Shown here: positions 9,761 through 17,526 of the stretch, piece after piece
Numbering within the stretch: position 1 is the first letter of the stretch
How the letters are laid out: every line of letters begins with the position of its first letter
From: an uncultured Candidatus Saccharibacteria bacterium
GTDB lineage: Bacteria; Patescibacteriota; Minisyncoccia; Phycocordibacterales; SBAW01
Direction of reading: 5' to 3'
Assembly: GCA_964355655.1 (NCBI GenBank)
Contig: CAYHDT010000007.1
Span: 1 to 54,788 of the forward strand
DNA: 54,788 nt
The notes under the pieces: model-generated
Told to the model about the DNA's origin: nothing
Database searches by the model: none
Seen by the model: the letters and a program-made list of their open reading frames with translations, nothing else
Translations under genes and position numbers: made by a program

Positions 9761-10006
9761 ATGGAAACTACTACTAAAAAAAAGGAATTCCGCGGCAAGG
9801 TTGTCTCGGACAAAATGAAGGACACCGCCGTGGTGGCAGTTTCACGGTTCGTGATGCACCCCAAGTACAAGAAGTTTATGAAGAAGACCTCAAAATTTTC
9901 CGTGCATAATCCCGGCAACAAAGCCAAGGAGGGGGACATGGTTACCATCCGGAGCTGCCGCCCTCTCTCCAAAACGAAACACTTTGAAATAGTGTTCGAT
10001 AAATAA
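9761..10006 (+). CDS. rpsQ: 30S ribosomal protein S17
   Basis: GKVVSDKMKDT, HPKYKK, RPLSKTK. Confidence 0.98.
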   Translation: METTTKKKEFRGKVVSDKMKDTAVVAVSRFVMHPKYKKFMKKTSKFSVHNPGNKAKEGDMVTIRSCRPLSKTKHFEIVFDK

Positions 10007-10010
10007 TTAT

Positions 10011-10391
10011 ATGATCCAAGACCGCTCACTCGTAGTCGTTGCAGACAATTCCGGCGCAAAAATCGGACGCATTTTCAAGATACCCGGCTCGTCAAAGAAG
10101 CGCTATGCCGAGATAGGGGAGCTGGTGGTCTTTTCGGTGCAGACGGCCGAGCCGCGCAAGGCAGTTAAGAAGAAAGACGTACTCATCGGCGTCGTGGTGC
10201 GCCAGCGCAAGCCCTTTCGCCGCAAGGACGGCAGCTATATCCGCTTCGACGAAAACGCGGTAGTGGTGCTCGAGACGGGCGGCAAGGACAAAAAAGAGCC
10301 GAAAGCGGGCCGCATCTTCGGCCCTATCCCGCGCGAGCTGCAGGAGCTCGGCTATCAGACGATAATCTCCCGCGCGCCGGAAGTCGTATAA
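10011..10391 (+). CDS. rplN: 50S ribosomal protein L14
   Basis: VADNSGAK, IRFDENA, RIFGP. Confidence 0.98.
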   Translation: MIQDRSLVVVADNSGAKIGRIFKIPGSSKKRYAEIGELVVFSVQTAEPRKAVKKKDVLIGVVVRQRKPFRRKDGSYIRFDENAVVVLETGGKDKKEPKAGRIFGPIPRELQELGYQTIISRAPEVV

Positions 10392-10395
10392 TTGT

Positions 10396-10623
10396 ATGCA
10401 TACTCTCCACGTAAAAAAAGGCGACACGGTAGTGGTACTCTCCGGAGTCGACAAGGGCAAGTCCGGCAAGGTTACGCGCACCTTTCCGAAAAAGAACATG
10501 GTCATGGTGGAGGGTGTAGGGAAGCGCACCAAGCACCAAAAGCCGCGCAAAGCCGGCCAGTCGGGCCAGATTGTCGAGAAATTCCATCCTATTAACGCGA
10601 GCAAGGTGGCCCTCAAGAAATAA
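10396..10623 (+). CDS. rplX: 50S ribosomal protein L24, short (75 aa)
   Basis: KKGDTVVVLSGVDKGKSG KOW motif. Confidence 0.95.
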   Translation: MHTLHVKKGDTVVVLSGVDKGKSGKVTRTFPKKNMVMVEGVGKRTKHQKPRKAGQSGQIVEKFHPINASKVALKK

Positions 10624-10628
10624 CCTCT

Positions 10629-11168
10629 ATGCCTAAACTTATTCAAGAACAACAGAAGACGGCCTTCAGTGCCCTTAAAGGAGACTTCGGGTGGAAAAAC
10701 CTCATGCAAAGCCCCCGCCTTGTTAAGGTGGTTATTTCCGTCGGTGTCGGTAAAATGACCAAGGACAAAGGCAAAGTGGAGTTGGTCGCCGACCGCCTGG
10801 CAAAAATCACCGGACAAAAGCCCGTATCCCGAGGCGCCAAGAAAGCTATTTCCACTTATAAAACCCGCGTGGGGGACAAGATAGGCTACCAGATTACTTT
10901 GCGCGGCAAGCGCGCGGAAGACTTTCTCAACCGCCTCGTGCATATCGCGCTCCCGCGCACCAAGGACTTTAAAGGCGTCAGCGTCGCAGGTATTGATGAA
11001 ATGGGCAACTACACGCTCGGCATCAAGGAGCATACCGTCTTCCCCGAAACAGCAGACGAGGATATTAAAGACATCTTTGGTATGGCGGTTACGGTGGTCA
11101 CCACCGCAAAGAATAAAAAAATGGCCGAAGCCTACCTCCGCCACCTCGGCTTCCCGTTTAAGAAGTAA
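10629..11168 (+). CDS. rplE: 50S ribosomal protein L5
   Basis: ITGQKP, IALPRTKDFKG, GNYTLGIKE. Confidence 0.98.
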   Translation: MPKLIQEQQKTAFSALKGDFGWKNLMQSPRLVKVVISVGVGKMTKDKGKVELVADRLAKITGQKPVSRGAKKAISTYKTRVGDKIGYQITLRGKRAEDFLNRLVHIALPRTKDFKGVSVAGIDEMGNYTLGIKEHTVFPETADEDIKDIFGMAVTVVTTAKNKKMAEAYLRHLGFPFKK

Positions 11169-11288
11169 TTTTTAGAAAAATATAAAAGGCTGGGCCAATA
11201 GGCAACTACCGGACAACACATAGAACACGAATAAACTTATCCCCTGTGTCGTTTGCATATTTAGAACGACGCTATACTATTGTTGTAT

Positions 11289-11918
11289 ATGGATAAATTT
11301 GAAGGTGTGAAGTTAGGGCACATTAAAGGGCAGGAGGCCACGGTTACCGAGAAAGGAAATAAAGAAATTGAGAATCAGGACAAGGCGCGTGAGATGGCAA
11401 AAACAGAAGACTTCTATCACGAACAGGCAGGGCGGTTTCAGGAGTATCTCAAAGACCCTAAGGCATTCTCGAAAACTCTCGAGTGGAGACCGAAAGTTGC
11501 CGACATCAATGTCCTTTACTCAGCGGAATATTTTAAGAGGCTTGTGCAATCAGGGATTACGCCGGACGATCTGCGCATTATCGGTGACAGAGTAGCGGAG
11601 GTTCGAGGATCGGCTGTTGATTATGAAGAGACAGTTCGTGAAAAATCAACAGTACAACTGAAAATCGAAGCCGCTGTATTCACGGTATTAAATTTTAAGC
11701 ACGGAATGTCTGGTCTAGCGGGAGCAATAAAGAACCCTTCTATATCATGGGCCATAACGGAGCAGACAATTAACCGGGACAATCAAAAACTAGAAGTGTG
11801 GCTCAAAAAAGAGGTTGCTGAGCGTGAATTGATAGCCCGCGATGTGGAACAAGCATTCGGCCCGGAGGCAGCAGCCAGAGTCCGTATAAAAGACATTCCT
11901 TTTTTGCAGGTGAAATAG
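11289..11918 (+). CDS. Hypothetical protein inserted between rplE and rpsN
   Basis: About 210-aa ORF, lower GC, TATACT upstream. Confidence 0.7.
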   Translation: MDKFEGVKLGHIKGQEATVTEKGNKEIENQDKAREMAKTEDFYHEQAGRFQEYLKDPKAFSKTLEWRPKVADINVLYSAEYFKRLVQSGITPDDLRIIGDRVAEVRGSAVDYEETVREKSTVQLKIEAAVFTVLNFKHGMSGLAGAIKNPSISWAITEQTINRDNQKLEVWLKKEVAERELIARDVEQAFGPEAAARVRIKDIPFLQVK

Positions 11919-11962
11919 TAATAACCAAATCGATAAATAGGGTCAGACTCCATTTATGGAAT

Positions 11963-11991
11963 TTGCATTTCTCCTTACGCTAGGTTATAGT
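11963..11991 (+). promoter_or_regulatory. Promoter of the rpsN-secY unit
   Basis: TTGCAT-17bp-TATAGT; shares TACGCTAGGTTATAGTC with the rplC promoter. Confidence 0.7.
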
Positions 11992-12125
11992 CGTCTCAGC
12001 CCTCAAGGGCTCCTTTTTTCTGATAGGTGCCGCTTAGTCATCAGCTTTGCTGAAATCAAGCAAAGTGGCGAGGCAAACCCTCAGAATCGTAACTCTCTAG
12101 GCAAGGGGAGTAACCACCTTTAAAG

Positions 12126-12311
12126 ATGGCTAAAAAATCCACAGTTGCACGTTCTAACAAACCCCCGAAGTTTAAATCCCGGGTTGTTCGCCGTTGCTTC
12201 CGCTGCGGGCGCAAGCGCGCCTTTATGCGCGACTTCGGCATGTGCCGCGCGTGCTTTAGAGAGGCCGCCAACGAAGGGTTGATCCCCGGCGTCCGCAAAT
12301 CATCCTGGTAA
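12126..12311 (+). CDS. rpsN: 30S ribosomal protein S14, type Z (zinc-binding)
   Basis: 61 aa, [20 protein letters not shown]. Confidence 0.98.
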   Translation: MAKKSTVARSNKPPKFKSRVVRRCFRCGRKRAFMRDFGMCRACFREAANEGLIPGVRKSSW

Positions 12312-12315
12312 TCAT

Positions 12316-12696
12316 ATGGTAAACGACCCTATCTCAGACTTGCTCGTCCGCCTCCAAAACGCTTCCCGCGTGGGTAAGGCGTCCGTGTCGGTGCCCTTCT
12401 CTAAAATGAAGCTCGCCATTGCAGACGTACTTTCTAAAGAAGGCTACGTGGGCGCGCCCGACAAAAAAAATTACGCGCTCACTATCCCGCTCTCGTATAA
12501 AAACGGCCGCCCCACTATTACCGGGGTAAAGCGCATCTCTAAGCTCTCGCGCCGCACCTACATGGGCGTGCGCGATGTACGCCCCGTCCGCCACGGTCAC
12601 GGCCTCCTTGTCCTCTCGACCCCTAAAGGCATCATGACCGGCGCGCAGGCCAGGGCGCACCGTGTCGGCGGCGAAGCGTTGTTCGAAATTTGGTAA
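12316..12696 (+). CDS. rpsH: 30S ribosomal protein S8
   Basis: DPISDLL, LSTPKG, GGEALFEIW. Confidence 0.97.
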   Translation: MVNDPISDLLVRLQNASRVGKASVSVPFSKMKLAIADVLSKEGYVGAPDKKNYALTIPLSYKNGRPTITGVKRISKLSRRTYMGVRDVRPVRHGHGLLVLSTPKGIMTGAQARAHRVGGEALFEIW

Positions 12697-12701
12697 ATTA
12701 T

Positions 12702-13235
12702 ATGTCACGACTTGCTAAACGCCCTATTGCGATACCCGCCAAAACCGAAGTTACTGTTTCGGGCGGTTTGCTTGTGGTCAAAGGACCCAAAGGAACTCTG
12801 CAAAAGCCGATACACCGCATGGTCGGTATTGAGGTCGGCGCCGAAGGCGTACAGGTTTCTCCCAAAGGCTCGTCTATCGAGTCTCGCGTGCTTATTGGCA
12901 CGTACGCATCGCATGTCAAAAACATGATGAGCGGCGTCACTACCGGATTCAGCAAAAAGCTTCTGATTGAGGGAGTCGGCTACAAGTGGGACGTGCAGGG
13001 GAAGACGCTCAACCTCGCACTCGGATTTTCTCATCCGGTTAAGGTGGCGATCCCCGAGGGTCTTATGGTTAAGGCCGACAAGGGCGCCCTCGATATTTCG
13101 GGCTTCGACAAAGAATTGGTCGGGCAATTTGCCGCAGACATTCGCGCGATGAAGAAGCCCGAGCCGTATAAAGGCAAAGGCATCCGCTACGACGGCGAAG
13201 TCATCCGCCGCAAGCAGGGCAAGAAGGCCGCATAA
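12702..13235 (+). CDS. rplF: 50S ribosomal protein L6
   Basis: MSRLAKRPI, LGFSHP, PEPYKGKGIRY. Confidence 0.98.
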   Translation: MSRLAKRPIAIPAKTEVTVSGGLLVVKGPKGTLQKPIHRMVGIEVGAEGVQVSPKGSSIESRVLIGTYASHVKNMMSGVTTGFSKKLLIEGVGYKWDVQGKTLNLALGFSHPVKVAIPEGLMVKADKGALDISGFDKELVGQFAADIRAMKKPEPYKGKGIRYDGEVIRRKQGKKAA

Positions 13236-13243
13236 ATTGATAT

Positions 13244-13573
13244 ATGTTAAACCGTGAACGCAGACACAACCGAATACGCGCCAAAATTGAAGGGACATCC
13301 GCGCGCCCGCGCTTGGCGGTGTATAAATCTAATCGCTTCCTGCACGCGCAGATTATCGACGACGAAGCGGGGAAGACTCTGGTAGCCGGCTCCACCAAAG
13401 AGATGGGCAAGGATAAAAAAACCGACGCCGCGGGCAAGCTCGGCGCCGAGCTTGCCAAGCGCGCCAAAGCGGCGGGTATTACCAAAGTCGTCTTCGACCG
13501 CGGCGGATTCCGCTACATAGGCCGGATTGCAACGCTCGCGGCGGCCGCGCGTAAGGCGGGTTTGGAATTTTAA
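13244..13573 (+). CDS. rplR: 50S ribosomal protein L18
   Basis: RPRLAVYKSN, VVFDRGG. Confidence 0.98.
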   Translation: MLNRERRHNRIRAKIEGTSARPRLAVYKSNRFLHAQIIDDEAGKTLVAGSTKEMGKDKKTDAAGKLGAELAKRAKAAGITKVVFDRGGFRYIGRIATLAAAARKAGLEF

Positions 13574-13578
13574 ATTAT

Positions 13579-14205
13579 ATGGATGATGAACAAAAAATAA
13601 TCGAGACACCCGCAAGCGCCGAGCCCTCTTCGGATGTTTCGACGGAACTGACTCCCGAGCCTGTTGCCGCGCCTGCGGCAGCCGCGCCTCAACGCGCTGT
13701 GCGCGGACGCGGCGGTCGCGACCAGCGTGGAGGCGCCGGCGGACGCCGCCCTTCCAGCCGTCCGCCGCGCGCCAAGAGCGAGTACGACCAAAAGATGATA
13801 ACTATCCGCCGCGTCTCGCGCACCGTCGCCGGCGGACGCCGTTTCTCCTTCTCGGTGGCTCTGATTATAGGCAACAAAAAAGGCAAGGTAGGCGTGGGGC
13901 TGGGCAAAGCAGGGGACACTACGCTTGCGATAGACAAAGCGGTCCGCAACGCAAAGAAAAACATGATTACGGTCAACCTGACCAAGGACAACTCGATTGC
14001 GCACCAAGTGTCGGCAAAATACACTGCCTCGCGGGTTGAGCTCATGCCGGTGCGCGGCCGCGGACTCGTTGCCGGCTCCTCGGTGCGCCCCGTGTTGGAA
14101 CTTGCCGGGATAACCAACACCGTCGCGAAGATCCACTCCGGCAGCAAGAATGGGCTTAACAACGCCCGCGCCGCGATTGAAGCTTTGAAAAGTCTCAAAG
14201 CTTAA
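13579..14205 (+). CDS. rpsE: 30S ribosomal protein S5
   Basis: RRVSRTVAGGRRFSF, VGVGLGKA. Confidence 0.98.
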   Translation: MDDEQKIIETPASAEPSSDVSTELTPEPVAAPAAAAPQRAVRGRGGRDQRGGAGGRRPSSRPPRAKSEYDQKMITIRRVSRTVAGGRRFSFSVALIIGNKKGKVGVGLGKAGDTTLAIDKAVRNAKKNMITVNLTKDNSIAHQVSAKYTASRVELMPVRGRGLVAGSSVRPVLELAGITNTVAKIHSGSKNGLNNARAAIEALKSLKA

Positions 14206-14206
14206 T

Positions 14207-14268
14207 AAATAACAATAATCAAATCACAAATAACAAATTTGAATTTTGGAACTTGAGATTTGAAATTT
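14207..14268. repeat. Inverted pair of short heptamer tandem repeats
   Basis: AAATAAC/AATAATC/AAATCAC/AAATAAC followed by complementary-like ATTTTGG/AACTTGA/GATTTGA. Confidence 0.55.
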
Positions 14269-14274
14269 ACCCTT

Positions 14275-14709
14275 ATGCAACTAAATCAATTACAACGGAA
14301 AACGCCGAATAAGGGTATTAAGCGCGTGGGTCGCGGCGGCGGTCGCGGTAAAACCTCCGGCCGCGGCACCAAAGGCCAGAAAGCCCGCGCCGGACATCGT
14401 ATCCGCCCGGACGTCCGCGAAAAGCTCAAAAAGCTTCCTAAGTTGCGCGGGTACGCCTTTAATTCCATCGAAATGAAGCCGGCTGTTGTTAACCTAGCGG
14501 TTCTTGAGAGCATGTTTGCCGCGGGTGACGCTATTACTCCGGAGATACTCCGCGAGCGTGGCGCAGTCCGCGCGCGCAAGGGTGTGGCAGTGCGCGTGAA
14601 GATACTGGGCGACGGCGAGCTGACAAAAAAACTCGTCATAACCGGCTGCAGCGTTTCTGCCGCCGCATCAGCTAAGATTGAAAAGGCGGGCGGGTCTGTC
14701 GGCAAATAA
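14275..14709 (+). CDS. rplO: 50S ribosomal protein L15
   Basis: RVGRGGGRGKTSGRGTKGQKARAG, VKILGDG. Confidence 0.97.
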   Translation: MQLNQLQRKTPNKGIKRVGRGGGRGKTSGRGTKGQKARAGHRIRPDVREKLKKLPKLRGYAFNSIEMKPAVVNLAVLESMFAAGDAITPEILRERGAVRARKGVAVRVKILGDGELTKKLVITGCSVSAAASAKIEKAGGSVGK

Positions 14710-14716
14710 CCATGAA

Positions 14717-14800
14717 TCCCGTTAGAAATCAAAACTTTATGAATTCGGACATTATCAAAATAACAACGGAAATGCTCGGCATTTCCTATTTCTAACGGGA
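14717..14800. mobile_element. Start-codon-inserted element, copy 2 (secY), 84 bp
   Basis: ATGAA[TCCCGTTAGAAAT...ATTTCTAACGGGA]TGAACGG; TGAA duplicated. Confidence 0.85.
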
Positions 14801-16071
14801 TGAACGGTTTCGCTCAAAAACTTAGCATGCTCTTTTCGGACAAAGGGCTTCGCAACCGCCTGCTTTTTGTGGTCGGGGCGTTTGTTGTCTTCCGCGTGCT
14901 GGCAACCATCCCCATTCCGGGCATCAATGCCTCGCAACTGGAACTTTTTTTCAATAACAATCAGTTTTTCGGCCTGCTCAACCTCTTTTCCGGCGGCGGG
15001 CTTTCCAACCTTTCACTCGTGATGCTCGGCGTAGGCCCTTACATCACCGCCAGTATCGTCATGCAGCTCCTCACGCTCATGATTCCGCGCTTTAAGCAGC
15101 TCTACCAAGAGGAGGGCGAAGCCGGCCGGGCGAAGTTCAGCATGTACAGCCGGTGGCTCACACTCCCTATTGCCGCTGTGCAGGGTATCTCTTTCCTTAT
15201 CATCCTCGAGCGTCAGGGCGTGTTGCCGGCGCTCGGACTTTTTCCCTTTGCAGTTAACCTTATTACCGTCATTGCAGGCTCTCTCTTGCTTATGTGGATA
15301 GGCGAACTTATATCCGAGTACGGGCTCGGCAACGGTGTATCGCTTATCATCTTCGCGGGCATCGTGGCGGGGTACCCTGCTCAAGTAAGCCAGCTCCTCT
15401 TTACGTTTGACTCTTCGCAAATACCGCTGTATCTGGCGTTTATCGCCGCGACGCTCGCGGTTATTGCGGCGGTGGTGTTTGTTACCGAGGCCGAGCGTCC
15501 TATCCCGGTCACTTACGCCAAGCGCGTCCGGGGGATGAAATTCTTTGGCGGCACGTCGACCTACTTGCCGCTGCGGCTCAATCAGGCGGGGGTTATCCCG
15601 ATTATCTTCGCGCTGTCCTTCCTGCTTATCCCGCAGATGTTCGCGAGCTTCTTCGCGACCTCTTCGGTAGCGCTGTTGGCCAATATATCCAACTGGATGC
15701 TCGGGCTGCTGCAGAACTTACCGGTCTACGGCGCGCTCTACTTTATCCTCGTATTCCTCTTTACCTACTTCTACACGGCGGTCACCTTTGACCCGCATCA
15801 GATAGCGGAGAACCTGCAAAAGAACGGCGCCTTTATCCCCGGCGTGCGCCCCGGCCAATCCACGCAAGAGTACCTCGGCCACGTTATCACGCGTATTACC
15901 TTCGTCGGGGCGCTCTTTCTCGGCCTTATCGCGGTGCTGCCTATCGTCATGCAGTCGTTGACCGGTATCCAGTCCCTGGCGCTGGGCGGTACAGCGCTCC
16001 TCATTGTCGTCCAGGTCATCCTCGACCTCGCGCGCCGCATCGATGCCCAGATCTCTATCCGGGAGTACTAA
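14800..16071 (+). CDS. secY: Preprotein translocase SecY
   Basis: LGVGPYITASI, GLGNGVSLIIF, FIPGVRPG; multi-TM. Confidence 0.99.
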   Translation: MNGFAQKLSMLFSDKGLRNRLLFVVGAFVVFRVLATIPIPGINASQLELFFNNNQFFGLLNLFSGGGLSNLSLVMLGVGPYITASIVMQLLTLMIPRFKQLYQEEGEAGRAKFSMYSRWLTLPIAAVQGISFLIILERQGVLPALGLFPFAVNLITVIAGSLLLMWIGELISEYGLGNGVSLIIFAGIVAGYPAQVSQLLFTFDSSQIPLYLAFIAATLAVIAAVVFVTEAERPIPVTYAKRVRGMKFFGGTSTYLPLRLNQAGVIPIIFALSFLLIPQMFASFFATSSVALLANISNWMLGLLQNLPVYGALYFILVFLFTYFYTAVTFDPHQIAENLQKNGAFIPGVRPGQSTQEYLGHVITRITFVGALFLGLIAVLPIVMQSLTGIQSLALGGTALLIVVQVILDLARRIDAQISIREY

Positions 16072-16091
16072 ACTTTGGTATTGTAGGAGGC

Positions 16092-16664
16092 GTGGATATA
16101 AATACTTTTTTGATGGTGGGGCGGCCGGGTTCGGGCAAGGGGACGCAGGCTAAATTATTAGCGGACAAAATAGGCGCTCAACTTTTTTCGACCGGCGACA
16201 ACTTTCGTGCTTGGGCCGCAGGAGAGAGCTACGTTGGTAAGCGTCTTAAGGGCGCTATGGAGGCCGGTGAACTGCTTCCTAATTGGCTCGCGTCATACAC
16301 GTTTGAGCAAGTAATTTTTAGTCTTGAGCCCGAGAACAAAATCGTGTTCGAGGGGGCTTGCCGCACGGGGCCCGAGGCGGTTTTGTTTGACGAAATTTCA
16401 AAGTGGCTACCGCGTCCTTACACGGCTGTCTATCTTAATATTTCAGAAGAAGAGGCATGGAAGCGTTTATTGCAGAGGTCCAAGAACAGTGGCCGCGCCG
16501 ACGATAGTGAGGACGTTATCCGCACTCGTTTTGAGGAATATAAAAAAAAGAACGAGGCGGTTATAGAGCATTTTCGCTCTGTGGGCACGCTCGTTGAGGT
16601 AAACGGAGAGCAGTCTATAGAGTCAACGCACCGCGATGTGCTTAAAGCGCTTAATCTCCAATGA
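16092..16664 (+). CDS. adk: Adenylate kinase, short LID
   Basis: GRPGSGKGTQ, STGD, GRADD; follows secY. Confidence 0.9.
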   Translation: MDINTFLMVGRPGSGKGTQAKLLADKIGAQLFSTGDNFRAWAAGESYVGKRLKGAMEAGELLPNWLASYTFEQVIFSLEPENKIVFEGACRTGPEAVLFDEISKWLPRPYTAVYLNISEEEAWKRLLQRSKNSGRADDSEDVIRTRFEEYKKKNEAVIEHFRSVGTLVEVNGEQSIESTHRDVLKALNLQ

Positions 16665-16748
16665 TCCCGTTAGAGACTACATCTGTATGATTACGAAAAT
16701 TACTCAAATAACCGACGGAAATGCTTGCATTTCCTGTCTCTAACGGGA
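16665..16748. mobile_element. Start-codon-inserted element, copy 3 (map), 84 bp
   Basis: ATGA[TCCCGTTAGAGAC...GTCTCTAACGGGA]TGATAGCG; interior homologous to copy 2. Confidence 0.85.
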
Positions 16749-17509
16749 TGATAGCGACCACTCCCGAAGAACTAAAGGCTCTGCGTGCCGCCGGCAAAAT
16801 ACTTTCCGGCGTGCTTATTGATGTCGCCGCGCTCTGCAAAGAAGGGGCCAACACCGCCGAGCTCGACTTGGCGGCCGAGCACGCAATCGTTTCGCGGGGC
16901 GCGGTTCCGGCGTTTCTTAATTATCAGCCCGAGGGTGCGGCGTATCCGTATCCTGCGACGCTCTGCGTTTCCATCAACGACGAGGTGGTGCACGGCATCC
17001 CGAACGAAAAACGTATTTTGCGCGACGGCGACATACTTTCTATAGACGCGGGGCTCAACTACCAAGGTTACTTTGTCGATGCCGCGCGTACGTTATGCAT
17101 CGGCAAAGGAGACGAGCAGGCGCACAAGCTGATTACCGCCACCAAAGAGGCGCTTGCGAGCGCTATAGGCGTCGCGCGCGTGGGGAATCATGTGGGGGAC
17201 ATTGGGGCGGTGGTGGCGGGCATTGCCGCCAAATACCGGCTCGGCATAGTGCGCGACCTCGGCGGGCACGGGGTGGGCAAGGCGGTGCACGAAAAGCCTT
17301 TTATCGCCAACGACGGCAAGCGCGGCGAGGGCGAGGAAATAATCGCGGGGATGGTGCTTGCTATCGAACCAATGCTCGCCGAGGGGAAGGGCGACATTGT
17401 TTTGGACGAGGACGAGTGGACCTACCGCATGGAGGACGGCAAACGCGCCGCGCACTTTGAAGAGACGGTACTTATTACCGAAACCGGCGCCGAAATTCTC
17501 ACGGCGTAA
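16748..17509 (+). CDS. map: Methionine aminopeptidase type I
   Basis: CVSINDEVVHGIP, GHGVG, AIEPM, AHFEET. Confidence 0.97.
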   Translation: MIATTPEELKALRAAGKILSGVLIDVAALCKEGANTAELDLAAEHAIVSRGAVPAFLNYQPEGAAYPYPATLCVSINDEVVHGIPNEKRILRDGDILSIDAGLNYQGYFVDAARTLCIGKGDEQAHKLITATKEALASAIGVARVGNHVGDIGAVVAGIAAKYRLGIVRDLGGHGVGKAVHEKPFIANDGKRGEGEEIIAGMVLAIEPMLAEGKGDIVLDEDEWTYRMEDGKRAAHFEETVLITETGAEILTA

Positions 17510-17526
17510 GGTGCTAGACTTCGGGT

